Below, piece by piece: positions 38,640 to 52,566 of a stretch of 64,000 nt of DNA. The notes under the pieces were generated by a model. It was not told the origin of the DNA and did no database searches. It saw only the letters and a program-made list of their open reading frames with translations. Source of the stretch: Octopus bimaculoides (lineage: Eukaryota); contig NC_068995.1 in NCBI RefSeq assembly GCF_001194135.2, forward strand, positions 54,522,807 through 54,586,806, written 5' to 3'. Every line of letters starts with the position of its first letter. The stretch's first letter is position 1. Made by a program: the position numbers and the translations under genes.

Positions 38640-39934
38640 CTATGTTTAATATTAAATACATGATATTACTCTCATGTCTTTAATAAATTTTGTCATTAAC
38701 CATACTCTTCATCTCTCCTTTCATTTCATTTATTCTTTGTTTCACATTTACATTTCGTTATTATTTTAAAGCTTTAAAATAAAGACTCAACTATCACCAA
38801 AGAAATGTATTTCATTTGCTCATTACAAATGTTATATAGATGTATCAAAGCGTATATTACATTCAGTTTCTTCATTGTGTATTTGGAACGAGATATTTTT
38901 TTAGATCGCATGAGAATATATCGGGAATTAAAACAATATGTCAAATTTATTTTCACAGATATGTTACTTTCTTGCAGAATCAAAAATATGTAATATTATA
39001 AGGAATACATTAGCTAAGGACACACATTCCTTTACACGCATTCAGGAATGACATGTAGAAATATACATAATTTTCCTTTAAAGGATTCACACCTTTTCTA
39101 TAACTTTTAATATTTCATCCCATTGATTTCTATAAATTTGTCATCTATATCAATATTTCCTGTAAATGTTTGCACATTGCAAGCTATATCGACACATACA
39201 CGCAAAGAGTAGAGTCTTTTCCCTAAATAGTGATGCACACATTTCATTAATTATACAAAATGCATACACAACATTCATTGCTATTCACGACATCTCTATT
39301 CGCATAAAATTATTATCGGATTCAAATAAATAATTTCTATAAATATGACAGGTTTGTGTTTCTGTTTGTGTTACATGACTGTGCTTATATGACTGCCAAG
39401 GTATGCATGTAATTATATGTTAGTACCTATATGCACAAACGCATTTATCTATAGCAAAATATGCCTCAGATATAAAACACATATATCACATTTCCGTTAT
39501 GTTCGTAAACTACGGGAATATAGCATAGATGTGAATTCATTGTACCTTATATTTAATTCCTAGAAATAACTATACAAATACTGTCAGAGTAAGATAGATG
39601 ATACCAATTATATATCACTTGTGCATCATACATTTACAATTATTAATCTCTATAATAAATATAGTTGTAGTGATATTTACGACTCAGAAAAAATTGGTAA
39701 AGATATTGTATAATCGAAAATTAATCGCATTAATTTTCTCCTGTAATTTTATAAGGATTTTATTTCTATTAATTATGTATTTGATACAATTAATTTATGT
39801 CATTGATACAACATATAGATATAGGTATATGTATATAGATATGTTTACAATCAATCATAGACATACACGCACACAAACACACACACATAACAATAGATAG
39901 AGACGGAAAATGGAGTATACGAGAAACTTCATTG

Positions 39935-40036
<102 letters not shown>

Positions 40037-40624
40037 NNNNNNNNNNNNNNNNNNNNNNNNNNNNNNNNNNNNNNNNNNNNNNNNNNNNNNNNNNNNNNNN
40101 NNNNNNNNNNNNNNNNNNNNNNNNNNNNNNNNNNNNNNNNNNNNNNNNNNNNNNNNNNNNNNNNNNNNNNNNNNNNNNNNNNNNNNNNNNNNNNNNNNNN
40201 NNNNNNNNNNNNNNNNNNNNNNNNNNNNNNNNNNNNNNNNNNNNNNNNNNNNNNNNNNNNNNNNNNNNNNNNNNNNNNNNNNNNNNNNNNNNNNNNNNNN
40301 NNNNNNNNNNNNNNNNNNNNNNNNNNNNNNNNNNNNNNNNNNNNNNNNNNNNNNNNNNNNNNNNNNNNNNNNNNNNNNNNNNNNNNNNNNNNNNNNNNNN
40401 NNNNNNNNNNNNNNNNNNNNNNNNNNNNNNNNNNNNNNNNNNNNNNNNNNNNNNNNNNNNNNNNNNNNNNNNNNNNNNNNNNNNNNNNNNNNNNNNNNNN
40501 NNNNNNNNNNNNNNNNNNNNNNNNNNNNNNNNNNNNNNNNNNNNNNNNNNNNNNNNNNNNNNNNNNNNNNNNNNNNNNNNNNNNNNNNNNNNNNNNNNNN
40601 NTGTGAGTATGTGCATGTATGTGC

Positions 40625-40662
<38 letters not shown>

Positions 40663-41521
40663 TTATGATATATATACAGATTAGATAGATATATAATAGT
40701 ATAAATTGATGTCTTATACACATGTGCGCACTCATGTGCACGATCATTATATAGGCATAGACACAAGGAAAGAGATAATCTTTCGAGTAATGCATATTCA
40801 CACATTCAACAAAATCCTACCCACTCTGTTCCATACAGTCTACTTTGTTTTATTAAATTAATAGGATACAAATCGTATTACATGAGAATTCTTTCTGAAA
40901 ATAAAATATCAAAAAATGTTTTGGCTTCCTACAAAGCAAAGTTATAAGCTATTTAGATTGTAGGAAATGTGCCAGATAACATTTTTTGGCCAATAGAATT
41001 TTTTTATTATTGAAACTATATATATAAAAAAATAAACCGCAAAAATCAATATGTCAACATTCTTGGCTATATTTGGTGTTTGAAGTTATATTTATTTATT
41101 TTCTTAGTTCATGTAAAAGACCTTACGTTACAGACGCCAAAACACGCCCTGCTATGCATGTTATATACTAGGTCTGATGAGTGTAGCGGCATGAATAAAA
41201 CCATTTGCGGTAAAATAACCGTCTGAATTATCGACCTGACAATATATTTGTCATATATCGACACTTTATCATTTTCGATTGAAAGACTCAAATTTTCTGA
41301 AACATGGGAAATATATATTTGTAACGAACCGGTTACTATAGTACGCAGATATTACCCAATCATACGCATAAGCACATAGCGTAATATAAATATCAAAGAA
41401 CATTCACACACGCAGACACACAGACACACACGCATATATGTATATAGCATATATAACGGGAGATATAAGTGAATGTGATACAGGAAGTGAGTTGAATGTA
41501 GATGTGAATATATGTGCATAC

Positions 41522-41568
<47 letters not shown>

Positions 41569-42375
41569 TAGTATGGGCGATATATATATGCGTGTAGTAT
41601 GTGCATAAACAAGAGTGTAATTGTGGATGTATGCAATGTTTATTTAAACGAACGTTGCGTCAAACGTACATCACACCAAATAAAGAAATGTTGTGCCAAT
41701 ATATAGCAGGGTAGTAGCTTAGAATATAAACAAAGTATCATTTTTCTTTTTTCTACGAATTTGATACACTGTATTGAACTACTCTTCTCCATCATCTAAG
41801 AAAGTGAAAATCAGTTGCACTAATCTCCAGTGGTACGAAGGTCATTTCAGTAAACACAACGATTGTTTTACATTACATACATTGCAACGCAACTTATTTA
41901 GCTTACCTAAATATCAAAATGTTATAAAGTATATACTGCGTATTAAACCAACGATGGCGGTACTGCATTGTATAAATTATATCGTTCTATAAAAGGGATA
42001 TTTTTTCTCTGTTTCACTCTGTGCAGAAACGTCGATGGAATAATAGTTAAAATAATAGTCATTTAAGTACAATTCTAAATCATGTCTTTACTTTAATTCA
42101 TACACAACGCAAATAAAATAAAAACAATGATTTTATATTTTTGGAGTACTTGTTTAGTCATGAGATCCTTTGCGATTTTAACTATTACTGATGTATTAGA
42201 TTATCAGAATTTGATTTCGAAAATAATCTGTTACCTTACATTCATTTTCCCTCTACCGACACTTATTCAAATATTATCGTATAATACAGAACGACAAATT
42301 AAAATGCGAGAATCCATAACTATGGTTGCAATTATGTAGTCATATACACACTTACGTATACACACTTTTACATAC

Positions 42376-42559
42376 ATGAGATGTATTCTGAGTATCCTTA
42401 TATAGTTGAAAAAATAATCTTTTGTGTTTTCCGAGTCGTCATTCTCTGAGTTCATATACAATAAAAGTTGGCAGTCCATTACAAGTTTGAACCTTTCGGG
42501 GTCAATAAAATAAACTTTCAATGTAGTACCGGAGACTGCGTTGTCCACTAAATCATATT
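42376..42559 (-). CDS. candidate coding exon (phase 1 to 2): YDLVDNAVSGTTLKVYFIDPERFKLVMDCQLLLYMNSENDDSENTKDYFFNYIRILRIHL
   Basis: ctaat branch-like motif ~30 nt upstream, acceptor aatatttag|AA, donor CAT|gtatgt, 60 open codons with RNY bias; phase-compatible with downstream candidates. Overlaps SINE-like blocks (see findings), so could be a decayed repeat. Confidence 0.35.
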
Positions 42560-43536
42560 CTAAATATTCCATAATAGTTTGCCTTAATTAGAACATACAC
42601 ACACGTACACACGCACGTACACACGCACGCACAAGCCCGCATACACACACACACAGACACACACACACATGCATGTGGTGTATGCGTATGTGTGAGTTTG
42701 CGTATGTGTGTACTTGCGCGTGTAAGCATGAATATATATTATATTATATTATAAATCTTTAAAAATTCTCAAATAAAAAAATGTTTCATGAAGGTGGGGA
42801 CTATTGCACACCACTTGCAAGATATTCCGAAGTGATGGATTTGATACAAACTATATTCACTCTGAAGGCTCATCTAACATTCTGGGTAAATACATTAAAG
42901 GTGGCTGGATTTATGGGTGATGCCTCCATATTTACGCAACCATCTATATAAAATTTTAGATGCCTAAGCGTAATAAGATATTTGAAAATTTTCAAAGTAA
43001 TATGAAACAATAACGCCGTTGGGTAACAATCAGGACATTTTAATCTTTCCTCAATTCAGAGCTATGATGCTTACCAAAGAAAGCAAAATTAATATCTGAC
43101 AAAGTGTATTATAAATCATTGAAAACATAAATTCACTTCTGTATTTCATAATAAGTAAGTGTGTTTCAATGTAAATTTGTGAAAGTGTATTATTATATCA
43201 TTATGCTGTAGGTTCCATTTTGCGCAAGAATCATTGAAAGCACCTAGTTACGGTTTTGAATTAGCAGTATATATAAATCTGAAATTGTATACTTACACAA
43301 TAAACAATTATCCATCGTTGGAGTTATCGTTACAGTTTTTAGTTGCTAGTCCTTTTTGCTATCTATTACATTATTCTGTTGAAATACTAACCACGATTCT
43401 GTCCGTCTCTAACCGACGTTCGTCGCTTATGTGCCAAAGTAAGTTATATACAGGTAAGATTTATATATTTAGAGTTCAAAGAAGATATCTGGAAATTATA
43501 TTTAAGGTACTTAAATTTATATCTGATGTACTCGTG

Positions 43537-43576
<40 letters not shown>

Positions 43577-45700
43577 AATTGTATTATAGAATCCACTTCA
43601 AGACAATTTGCAGACACTTCATAAACTTTGGTCAAAGTGTGTCTTGGAAGAGATCATCCCAAAATTTCGATACTCGTTAATTACAAAATAAATGTATTGT
43701 AGAATTTGATAAAGCAACTCATTAATTCTTATCTGAAGCCATTTTATAAAACCTGATACTACTGACGTACTTCACTTAAGAATTTACAATACTAGCGATG
43801 TACAGACTCTTAATAGCTTTCACGCATTAGAAAACGACTATAAATATATGCATATAAAATACAAAAGAAGAATATTCGATTTAAAAACTTTGAAGTTAAA
43901 GAGCATAAGATTTATAATTAATTCAGTATAATATAAAGTGTCTGGGATGCCCATCTTCACGTACAATTAGCATAATTGATGTTAGTCTTGCATAGATAAA
44001 TTAAGAATACAAGAAATCAAGGTTATGTGTTGCAAAAATAGGCCAAGACGATTTTTATATCATGAAGCGTAGATAACAGTAATTAAATGAAGTCATTTTT
44101 ATGACATAATAGACATTTTTTTCACGTAGACACAGAAGGCAGTTTATTCTGTAATAAAACTGTAGACGAGATTTTAATTGTTAAATATAAGACATTCCTC
44201 ATCCACTTCTTATACTATCATAATTTATATGTCAGATGAATTTGTAAATGAAATCTAGAGAATTATGCAAAAGAAAGTTCATTGAATATTTCGAGTAACT
44301 GAGCTTTCACACAATTAAATTATTAACAATGGCTGCTCAGATGTTACAACATTACATGCTCAGTGTAAGGGTTTCAACATTGTAAGGATGGATTAAATAA
44401 AATTGATAAACATGCATCAAGAACACGGAATGATAAAAAGCTCAAAATCATTTTAAATTGAGGGAATCGTGTCCAATTAGGAAACAACAATACCTTACCG
44501 GTATTTAACAAAATAATGATATATATGTGTGCACCTGCGCTCAAGTTTTAGATACACTGCTAAATGTCTTGATGCATAATTCAGTAATAAAATATGCAAC
44601 GATATGTATATAATATCTATAATATCCATGAAATTAAAACAAAAATACAAAACTTCACACACACATACTTTTATTAGCGGTCGTGTGTGCACCAGTGTGT
44701 GTGTATGTGTGTGAATTTTAGATTTAATTTAAAGAATATATGTATGAACTGACGTCTTTATTTACTGAATAACGCAAATTAGGGGCAAAACTAAAGATTG
44801 ATGACGGGTACTATTCTACTTCTGTATTTTAATCTCTGCCTGATTGTATCTCTGTTTCGAAAAGTATCTGATTTCCCATGAAAAAAATAAATCGATGTGA
44901 TTATCAACGTAAGGAAACATGTGAAATAGTGTATCCTGTTTTTGAAATCACAGGTTTACAACAAAATAAATCGATAGTTTCTGGACTTATGAGAACAAAA
45001 TATCTCCGATATATATTATATAGCTGTATAGAAATTCGGTGTCCACAAGATGTTGATGCTAACTTGGAAAAGAGGACACGATAAACAACCGTATGTGGTC
45101 CGTTCTGAATTAGGCCAGATAACAATAGATGAATAGTTCTTAAACATACGCAGACAACTCGCAGCAGTCTAAAGTAATGCTCGCCACAAAGTTGTAGACA
45201 GGTTATTGAAACATGTCTTTACACAATATGATTGCATAAAATTCAGCAGAACAACCCCGCAATGAGAAAGACGCAGTGTAATCAATACAATCAAATACGC
45301 GTAGTGTTACATAAAACAATGTGCCGGAAGGCGTACATATACATGTTTCTGCATTCTGCTCTCGGAACGAATTCTCGAAACAGTCAGTAGAACAATGTCA
45401 ACCGAAGAAATATGTGTTTGCCAGAGGCCAGAGAGTGAGCTGATGACGAGCCTAGGTTGCACGCTATACTCACCAACACAATTCGTCACAAATGCTTGTC
45501 AACTATGCCACATAAATATACTGAAACGCATGTACATACGCATACACGCATATATGTAAGTCAGTACATTGAATCTGTCGGAGATTATGCGCGCATGCTT
45601 ATAAGCATGGCTATACACATGGATGTTGCGTATATTTTGTATACATATATATATGTTGATACATATATGTGTGTATATACATGCGTGTATATATATATAT

Positions 45701-45732
<32 letters not shown>

Positions 45733-47289
45733 NNNNNNNNNNNNNNNNNNNNNNNNNNNNNNNNNNNNNNNNNNNNNNNNNNNNNNNNNNNNNNNNNNNN
45801 NNNNNNNNNNNNNNNNNNNNNNNNNNNNNNNNNNNNNNNNNNNNNNNNNNNNNNNNNNNNNNNNNNNNNNNNNNNNNNNNNNNNNNNNNNNNNNNNNNNN
45901 NNNNNNNNNNNNNNNNNNNNNNNNNNNNNNNNNNNNNNNNNNNNNNNNNNNNNNNNNNNNNNNNNNNNNNNNNNNNNNNNNNNNNNNNNNNNNNNNNNNN
46001 NNNNNNNNNNNNNNNNNNNNNNNNNNNNNNNNNNNNNNNNNNNNNNNNNNNNNNNNNNNNNNNNNNNNNNNNNNNNNNNNNNNNNNNNNNNNNNNNNNNN
46101 NNNNNNNNNTATATATATAAACAATCTCATACAGATACACACAATATTTCACATACCTATGTATGTATGCAAGACATGGTATGAAAATTATTCTTATTTC
46201 TCCGCTTGGAACACGCATCAGATTTATAAACACAAGTCGCCCTATATCATACATCAGTTGCCTTTCCCACATATAATTCACACGTATTGAATATAAATTA
46301 TTTCTCTGCGTGAAACCTAATTTCGCTATGAAATGCAGACAAGTCGCCCTCACGTCACTTCCATCCAAATTAGGAAGCAGAAAGACACAATGTGTGACTT
46401 AGTCCTAGTTATTATGTTATGTTCAGTCAATGGTTAACTGCCTTTAAACAACAGCCACCTGACGCATCTGTGCATATATGTGACGGCATAAATGTTTGAA
46501 TCATGAACATAAAATCAATATAAACATTGTTCTTGTAAATACAACCAAATCTAAATATAAATAATGAGATACTCGTGAAATCATATAAAACATGTACATG
46601 ATTTAAATTATATAATTTAGGCTTAATTCTTGTACTTAAAATACACACGCACACATACATAAATGCACACACAAACACACATACACGCATATATATANNN
46701 NNNNNNNNNNNNNNNNNNNNNNNNNNNNNNNNNNNNNNNNNNNNNNNNNNNNNNNNNNNNNNNNNNNNNNNNNNNNNNNNNNNNNNNNNNNNNNNNNNNN
46801 NNNNNNNNNNNNNNNNNNNNNNNNNNNNNNNNNNNNNNNNNNNTATATATATCAGTTCATAATGCATTCGTAATTACTTGAATATTTATTAAGACGAAGA
46901 ACACATTTACAAATTCTCTCTAGTGTATTTCAGGCATAAAATAAAGGAAAATGCATAAAAAAACTCATACGTAATCCCTCTCTACATATATGCATCTCTA
47001 GAAGTATGTGTGTGGGAGGGTGTTATATTGATCGTCAAATTGTTATCTAAATTGCGTCTATAAACTTAAATTAATAAAATCAATAGTTTAACTAATATTA
47101 TGCAAAAGTCGAATTTTGAAGGCGGTCGAGAGACTGATGAAGCAAAATTTGGTAAAATAAGCAATTTTTGGTTCTGATTAATATTTAATCTTTGAAATAT
47201 ATGCAAAGAAATATTCCGATAAAACTTTTACATTATTCCGAACTTAAATATTCTCCATACATTTAAATATGCTAATACGTGATGCACTT

Positions 47290-47465
47290 CGGTCAGCAAG
47301 CTGAGAGAATTGTTATCACGTCATGCCGGTCAAAATGCTTAGCGGTATTTCGTTCGTATTGCGGTCTGAGTTCACATTCTGCCGAGTCCGGATGCGTTTT
47401 CATCGTTTCTGTGTCGATGAAATAAGTATTGTTTAATCGCTAAGGTCGACGTCATCGATTTGAAA
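47290..47465 (+). mobile_element. tRNA-derived SINE
   Basis: caagctgagagaattgttatcacg...aaaatgcttagcggtatttcgttcg...ctgagttcacattctgccgagtcc...tttcatcgtttctgtgtcgatgaaataagta...ggtcgacgtcatcgattt aligns to other copies in the window. Confidence 0.8.
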
Positions 47466-48673
47466 CTATTTCGTGCATTCCAATATGATATAGTATATGT
47501 AAATTACAACTCGTATATCAACACTATAAGTATGTGATATATCATTTACGATATATCCACGGAAAACGTTAACTAAAACAAATATGAAACACAAGAGAAC
47601 GGAAATATTTGTAATATAGATTATGAATGAAATTACACAAATTTTAATGCAAATACATATCTAAATATACATGCCTGCATCCATATATATATGTATGGAT
47701 AAATATATATACATATATATTCATATTTATACATACATATATCTATATATGTGTGTGTGCGTGTGTGTGTCTATATATATTCATGCATGCATACATACAC
47801 ACACACAGACACACACATACACTCACACACACATACAACTTATGCGAGGATGAAGACAATTGGAAGCTTTTGGTTGAAATCTGATAAATGCAGTTATTAA
47901 TATTTTTTTCAGCAAGGCATTTCATGAATGGGATATTTATGTAAAAGCTATAGAATTCTTCAATCTTGCATTGTTTGTGGAGAATATTGCTCCTCGTGTC
48001 TGTATTAACCCAGGAATATCTCTTTCATTTTAGGTAATAAACTATTGAATATGCCCTTAACGACCAAATGCATGAAACGAAAATATTTGCTTTTTTGGTC
48101 AGGGTACCTAAATACATGCTTTTAAGAAGAAAATATAAATTAATGGGGTTTGAGTCGATAGCCATTAAGCTTAGGGGTTGTTGTTAGTGATAATTATATT
48201 GAAACACAAACCTTGACGCAATTCTCCTTATGAGTGCAGTTAGATGAGCTGATATGTTGCTAGATACGGGTTTTTTCTTCCTGTATTACAAGCAATTACT
48301 TGAACATGCAAAATTATGGACCAAGTTTGAATAAAATAATACTATAATTGCTTTCCATTGTTTCGTCACCACATTGATTTTTTCTGCTATGCAGTTTTCC
48401 TTTATATAGATTTAACTTTCGATAGCAACCAGGGCCTTACCTATGTTCATTACATCTAATTATATAAGTTTTCACCTTTTACTTTCTTATACATCTCATA
48501 TTGCATGCTTATAGGTTTATCCTATGACGTATTAACGTCTGGTCTTTTTATGCTTTTAAGAATATAACTCTCAAACAAATGTCAACACTAATCTATGTGT
48601 TACAAAAGTAAACACACACACACACGCACACACAAACACACGCACACACGCGCACACACCCCCACACACAAAC

Positions 48674-48705
<32 letters not shown>

Positions 48706-50280
48706 CCGTGTATGCATATATACCACAACTGGTACGCTACTTCACTTATCACCTATAACAGTCAAATAAAATCTGTTATCACGTTTCATCAAAGAAGTCT
48801 TCTGAAGAGCAATGTTTTATTTCTAATGTACTTGAAACCCTACTAAATCAGGTAACCTGCTTCTTCACGCATTTGTATGATAACAGAAATGAATGGAGAA
48901 AGCGAAATTTCAATTCTAAACAGTCTGAAGGACGTTTCGCCAAATATTAATTATATCAAAAGCAGTTGGATCATATTGCTAATTTTCTCACTGACATCAG
49001 ATAGAAATTCTGTGCATCGTTCGTGGTAAGTCGTGAAAAACTTTCGGTTGTGCCTTCCTTCTACAATTCAGCCTTCACAATTATGCTATATATATCTTTT
49101 ATATCAGGAGAATATTATGCATGATAAGCCATACATCAATAAGGAGAATAAAAATAAAGAAAATTATGGTAATCAGAGCATTCAGCGTACAAGATGCATA
49201 TTGCTTAAAACACGATTTTATAGCCTGTATTGACATCTACATCAAGCCTTATGGTTGTTAGAATAATGCAGTTAGATGTGTATAAGAAATATCACACTGC
49301 TCAGTGTTGATGGGAATTTCACGATCAATGGCGGAATAAGAATTATATTCCCTACACAAAGAATACCGATTTGATATGAATCTGTATTAACATTGTATGA
49401 AACATCGGCTGTTACATTAAAGCAATATCTCCCTCAGAAGAAAACGCTCAGTACGCTCTAATTTGCGTGCACGAATATGCTGACGTCATTAGGATAGCTA
49501 CTGAATATGGTGAGAAAGTTGGAATAAAACGTGATGCAGATGTATGTCGTAGGAACATATGGACATTCTATTCCACACGGCAGAAACACAATGCCATATA
49601 TCTGTATGTGTGTGTTTGGTTATGTGTATTCTTGTGTGTGATGTATTCGCGCGCGTGCAGGAGAATGCCTACGTGCAATATAGTGCAATTAGAATGTTGT
49701 ACATGGGTACTTGAAACGAAAACCATTTAGGGTATAAACCACATTTAAATGTCCATGAATTCTACAGGCAAGTTTATAAGATTACACTTTGCAAGTTACC
49801 TCGATGCAAACCAGGAGAAAGACATTCCACCAAGTATCTACTAGAGAGAACTTGGAAACTATTATCTCATAACAGATAGAAATTTTGGTAAACCAATATT
49901 TCAAGTGGTTGATCACAGTTGTTACTTCCGAAACAATGTCCGCTAGATATGATCTTCTCACGACCTATGTAGAGAGGACTATCTGGAATAGTGAATTAAC
50001 TCATAAAACCGAATATACAGATATCGATATATGAAATAAACATTGTTTGAACCCCATCATAAAAGCCGCATCAAAATTCAAATTACAATTTACATTGTTA
50101 TTTTGGACCACAAAATAGAATGTATTATGAGTTAAAACAGTCCTGATTGCTCCTTAAAGCTTGTATCCATTATCAATCTTTGAAGAAGTTAAACAAATAA
50201 TGAACAAATAAATGAATTATCTTAAAAGACTAAGGTATCTTCAAATGAAATAAAATAAAAAAATAAATGCGCCCTTTTAA

Positions 50281-50360
50281 ATCGTAGCCCTGTCCAGGAA
50301 TCAAAATCACAATCTTATGATCATGATGCTGACACCCTAAACACTAAGGCACGCGCCTCC
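50281..50360 (-). mobile_element. SINE tRNA-like head only (same type as 3395-3476)
   Basis: Reverse complement ggaggcgcgtgccttagtgtttagggtgtcagcatcatgatcataagattgtgattttgattcctggacaggg. Confidence 0.65.
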
Positions 50361-51540
50361 ACTCTTGAAATAAAAAGGATGAATATTTTCGCACAGACAA
50401 ACGAAACTTGAAGAAAAGCTATGTTTTCCCGACACTTTAGAAACACGCTGTTCTTCCAAATTAGAATTAAGCGTCCAGTAATATACCNNNNNNNNNNNNN
50501 NNNNNNNNNNNNNNNNNNNNNNNNNNNNNNNNNNNNNNNNNNNNNNNNNNNNNNNNNNNNNNNNNNNNNNNNNNNNNNNNNNNNNNNNNNNNNNNNNNNN
50601 NNNNNNNNNNNNNNNNNNNNNNNNNNNNNNNNNNNNNNNNNNNNNNNNNNNNNNNNNNNNNNNNNNNNNNNNNNNNNNNNNNNNNNNNNNNNNNNNNNNN
50701 NNNNNNNNNNNNNNNNNNNNNNNNNNNNNNNNNNNNNNNNNNNNNNNNNNNNNNNNNNNNNNNNNNNNNNNNNNNNNNNNNNNNNNNNNNNNNNNNNNNN
50801 NNNNNNNNNNNNNNNNNNNNNNNNNNNNNNNNNNNNNNNNNNNNNNNNNNNNNNNNNNNNNNNNNNNNNNNNNNNNNNNNNNNNCAGTAAACAATATGCA
50901 TAGTTCTGTGAAGGAACATTTAGGAAAATTAAAGTCAGTCATAATTTCATTAGGCGTGTCGCTGCTTCCATATAAATAGAAGTCGAAAATATTTTCAAAC
51001 AATTTTCTTCTGAATATATGCTAAACATCTATGGCCTCGGGTGTTGCAATATTTTCATTGAACAAATCTGTTTCGGCATTTGCTTCTGTATTTCAAGTTG
51101 GCTAAATATGGTGGATTATTTGTATTTCAACCAAATATTTCTTTTCTATTTACCGTGGAGCTAAAATGATTTGGACATTTTTCAGAATGTCCTCCGGTCA
51201 CTACAAGTTCGATGCAATGAAATCACTAAAATTAAATATTCACAACAATTCCCGTTATGTTTTGTAAAGCCTCTAGATGTATCACGAATAATATTTCATG
51301 AAAATATTATTACCATCATCGCTATGATGCATTAACTTTTTCAAGTAATTTTTGTTTCGACATCGCCCCTATGAATAACTAATAATTGTTAATGGTAACA
51401 CGTTTATGCAGTATATACAGCATATGTATTGGGGTGCTTGAAGGTTATATATTTATATATAATGAAATATCTAAGCACATATAAAAAATGTCACATACCT
51501 ATATATTCATACACACACACACACACACGCACACACACAC

Positions 51541-51572
<32 letters not shown>

Positions 51573-51978
51573 NNNNNNNNNNNNNNNNNNNNNNNNNNNN
51601 NNNNNNNNNNNNNNNNNNNNNNNNNNNNNNNNNNNNNNNNNNNNNNNNNNNNNNNNNNNNNNNNNNNNNNNNNNNNNNNNNNNNNNNNNNNNNNNNNNNN
51701 NNNNNNNNNNNNNNNNNNNNNNNNNNNTATATATATGTATATATATGCGCATGCGTTTATGTCTGTGTGTATACACACATTGTTATATAGACGCACACAT
51801 ATATGCTAGTACCTAACAACCATAATATGATCGATCAAACAATGCTTAATATTCCTGCGTAGATGGATAGATATAAACACACCGTCTAAATAGTCCGAGC
51901 AGCAGCATTTTGATAAAAATGAACCTTCAAATTTTTGTTGTTTCCGAATAAACAGAGCAAGAAAAGTTTGAAATCACT

Positions 51979-51980
<2 letters not shown>

Positions 51981-52031
<51 letters not shown>
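51981..52031. repeat. (TAA)n microsatellite
   Basis: Directly visible. Confidence 0.95.
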
Positions 52032-52032
<1 letters not shown>

Positions 52033-52462
52033 TTTTCCATTAGACATTATGATGGGCAAAATATTTTAAAGTTAAAATGACTTTAAAAATACGGTAAATA
52101 TTTCGTAAAAGCATTTGCTAAAATTACTACTGAATGGAATGAGACCGGAAGTACATGTTTGCAGAATGAACGTCTGAGTCCCGTATGCACCTATAAAGAG
52201 CACGTTGAAAGTATAATCACTCTACTCGAAAAGCACATTGTAATGTATTTAGAACTCGGTAACCGTTGTAAATTGTCATGTATATAACATTTATTTTATG
52301 TATACATAAAACCGAATATTTCCTCTCACTTCGCTTCTAAAAGAAAAGCAAAAAATAATAATAAAACAAAGGACATATATTCATACGATACCGAAATGGA
52401 CCAGGTACTGTTTATTTCAAAACTCAGGCACATTCTGATGACTTTGATATGATTTTTTTTTT

Positions 52463-52566
52463 CAGAAATTTCTCTATAATAATATTTTCAGAAATGTCCC
52501 TATAATAATATTTTCAGAAATGTCTCTTTAATAATATTTCCAGAAATTTCTCTATAATAATATTTT
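52463..52566. repeat. minisatellite, 4 x 26 bp (cagaaatKtcYctWtaataatatttY)
   Basis: Units start at 52463, 52489, 52515, 52541, contiguous with no spacers. Confidence 0.95.

Noticed and set aside
41171-41200. CTGATGA-GTG-TAGCGG-CAT-GAAT, a second hammerhead-like core
   Set aside because: GAAA is GAAT and no stem III, NUH or stem I could be formed. Other CTGANGA hits (4264, 10024, 33446, 45439, 47135) also lack stem II plus GAAA.
41120-41990. Minus-strand exon pair giving DIIYTMQYRHRWFNTQYILYNILIFRSIIQTVILPQMVLFMPLHSSD, loosely like Cys-loop receptor pre-M1/M1 (chemotactile receptor idea)
   Set aside because: No Cys-loop (C-x13-C, FPFD), no W.PD motif and no M2-like segment in neighbouring candidates; the spacing needs an insertion.
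50885-51100. Minus-strand frame LFENIFDFYLYGSSDTPNEIMTDFNFPKCSFTELCILFT running into a gap
   Set aside because: The donor side is hidden by Ns, the same frame has stops just upstream, and no motif was recognised; it cannot be evaluated.
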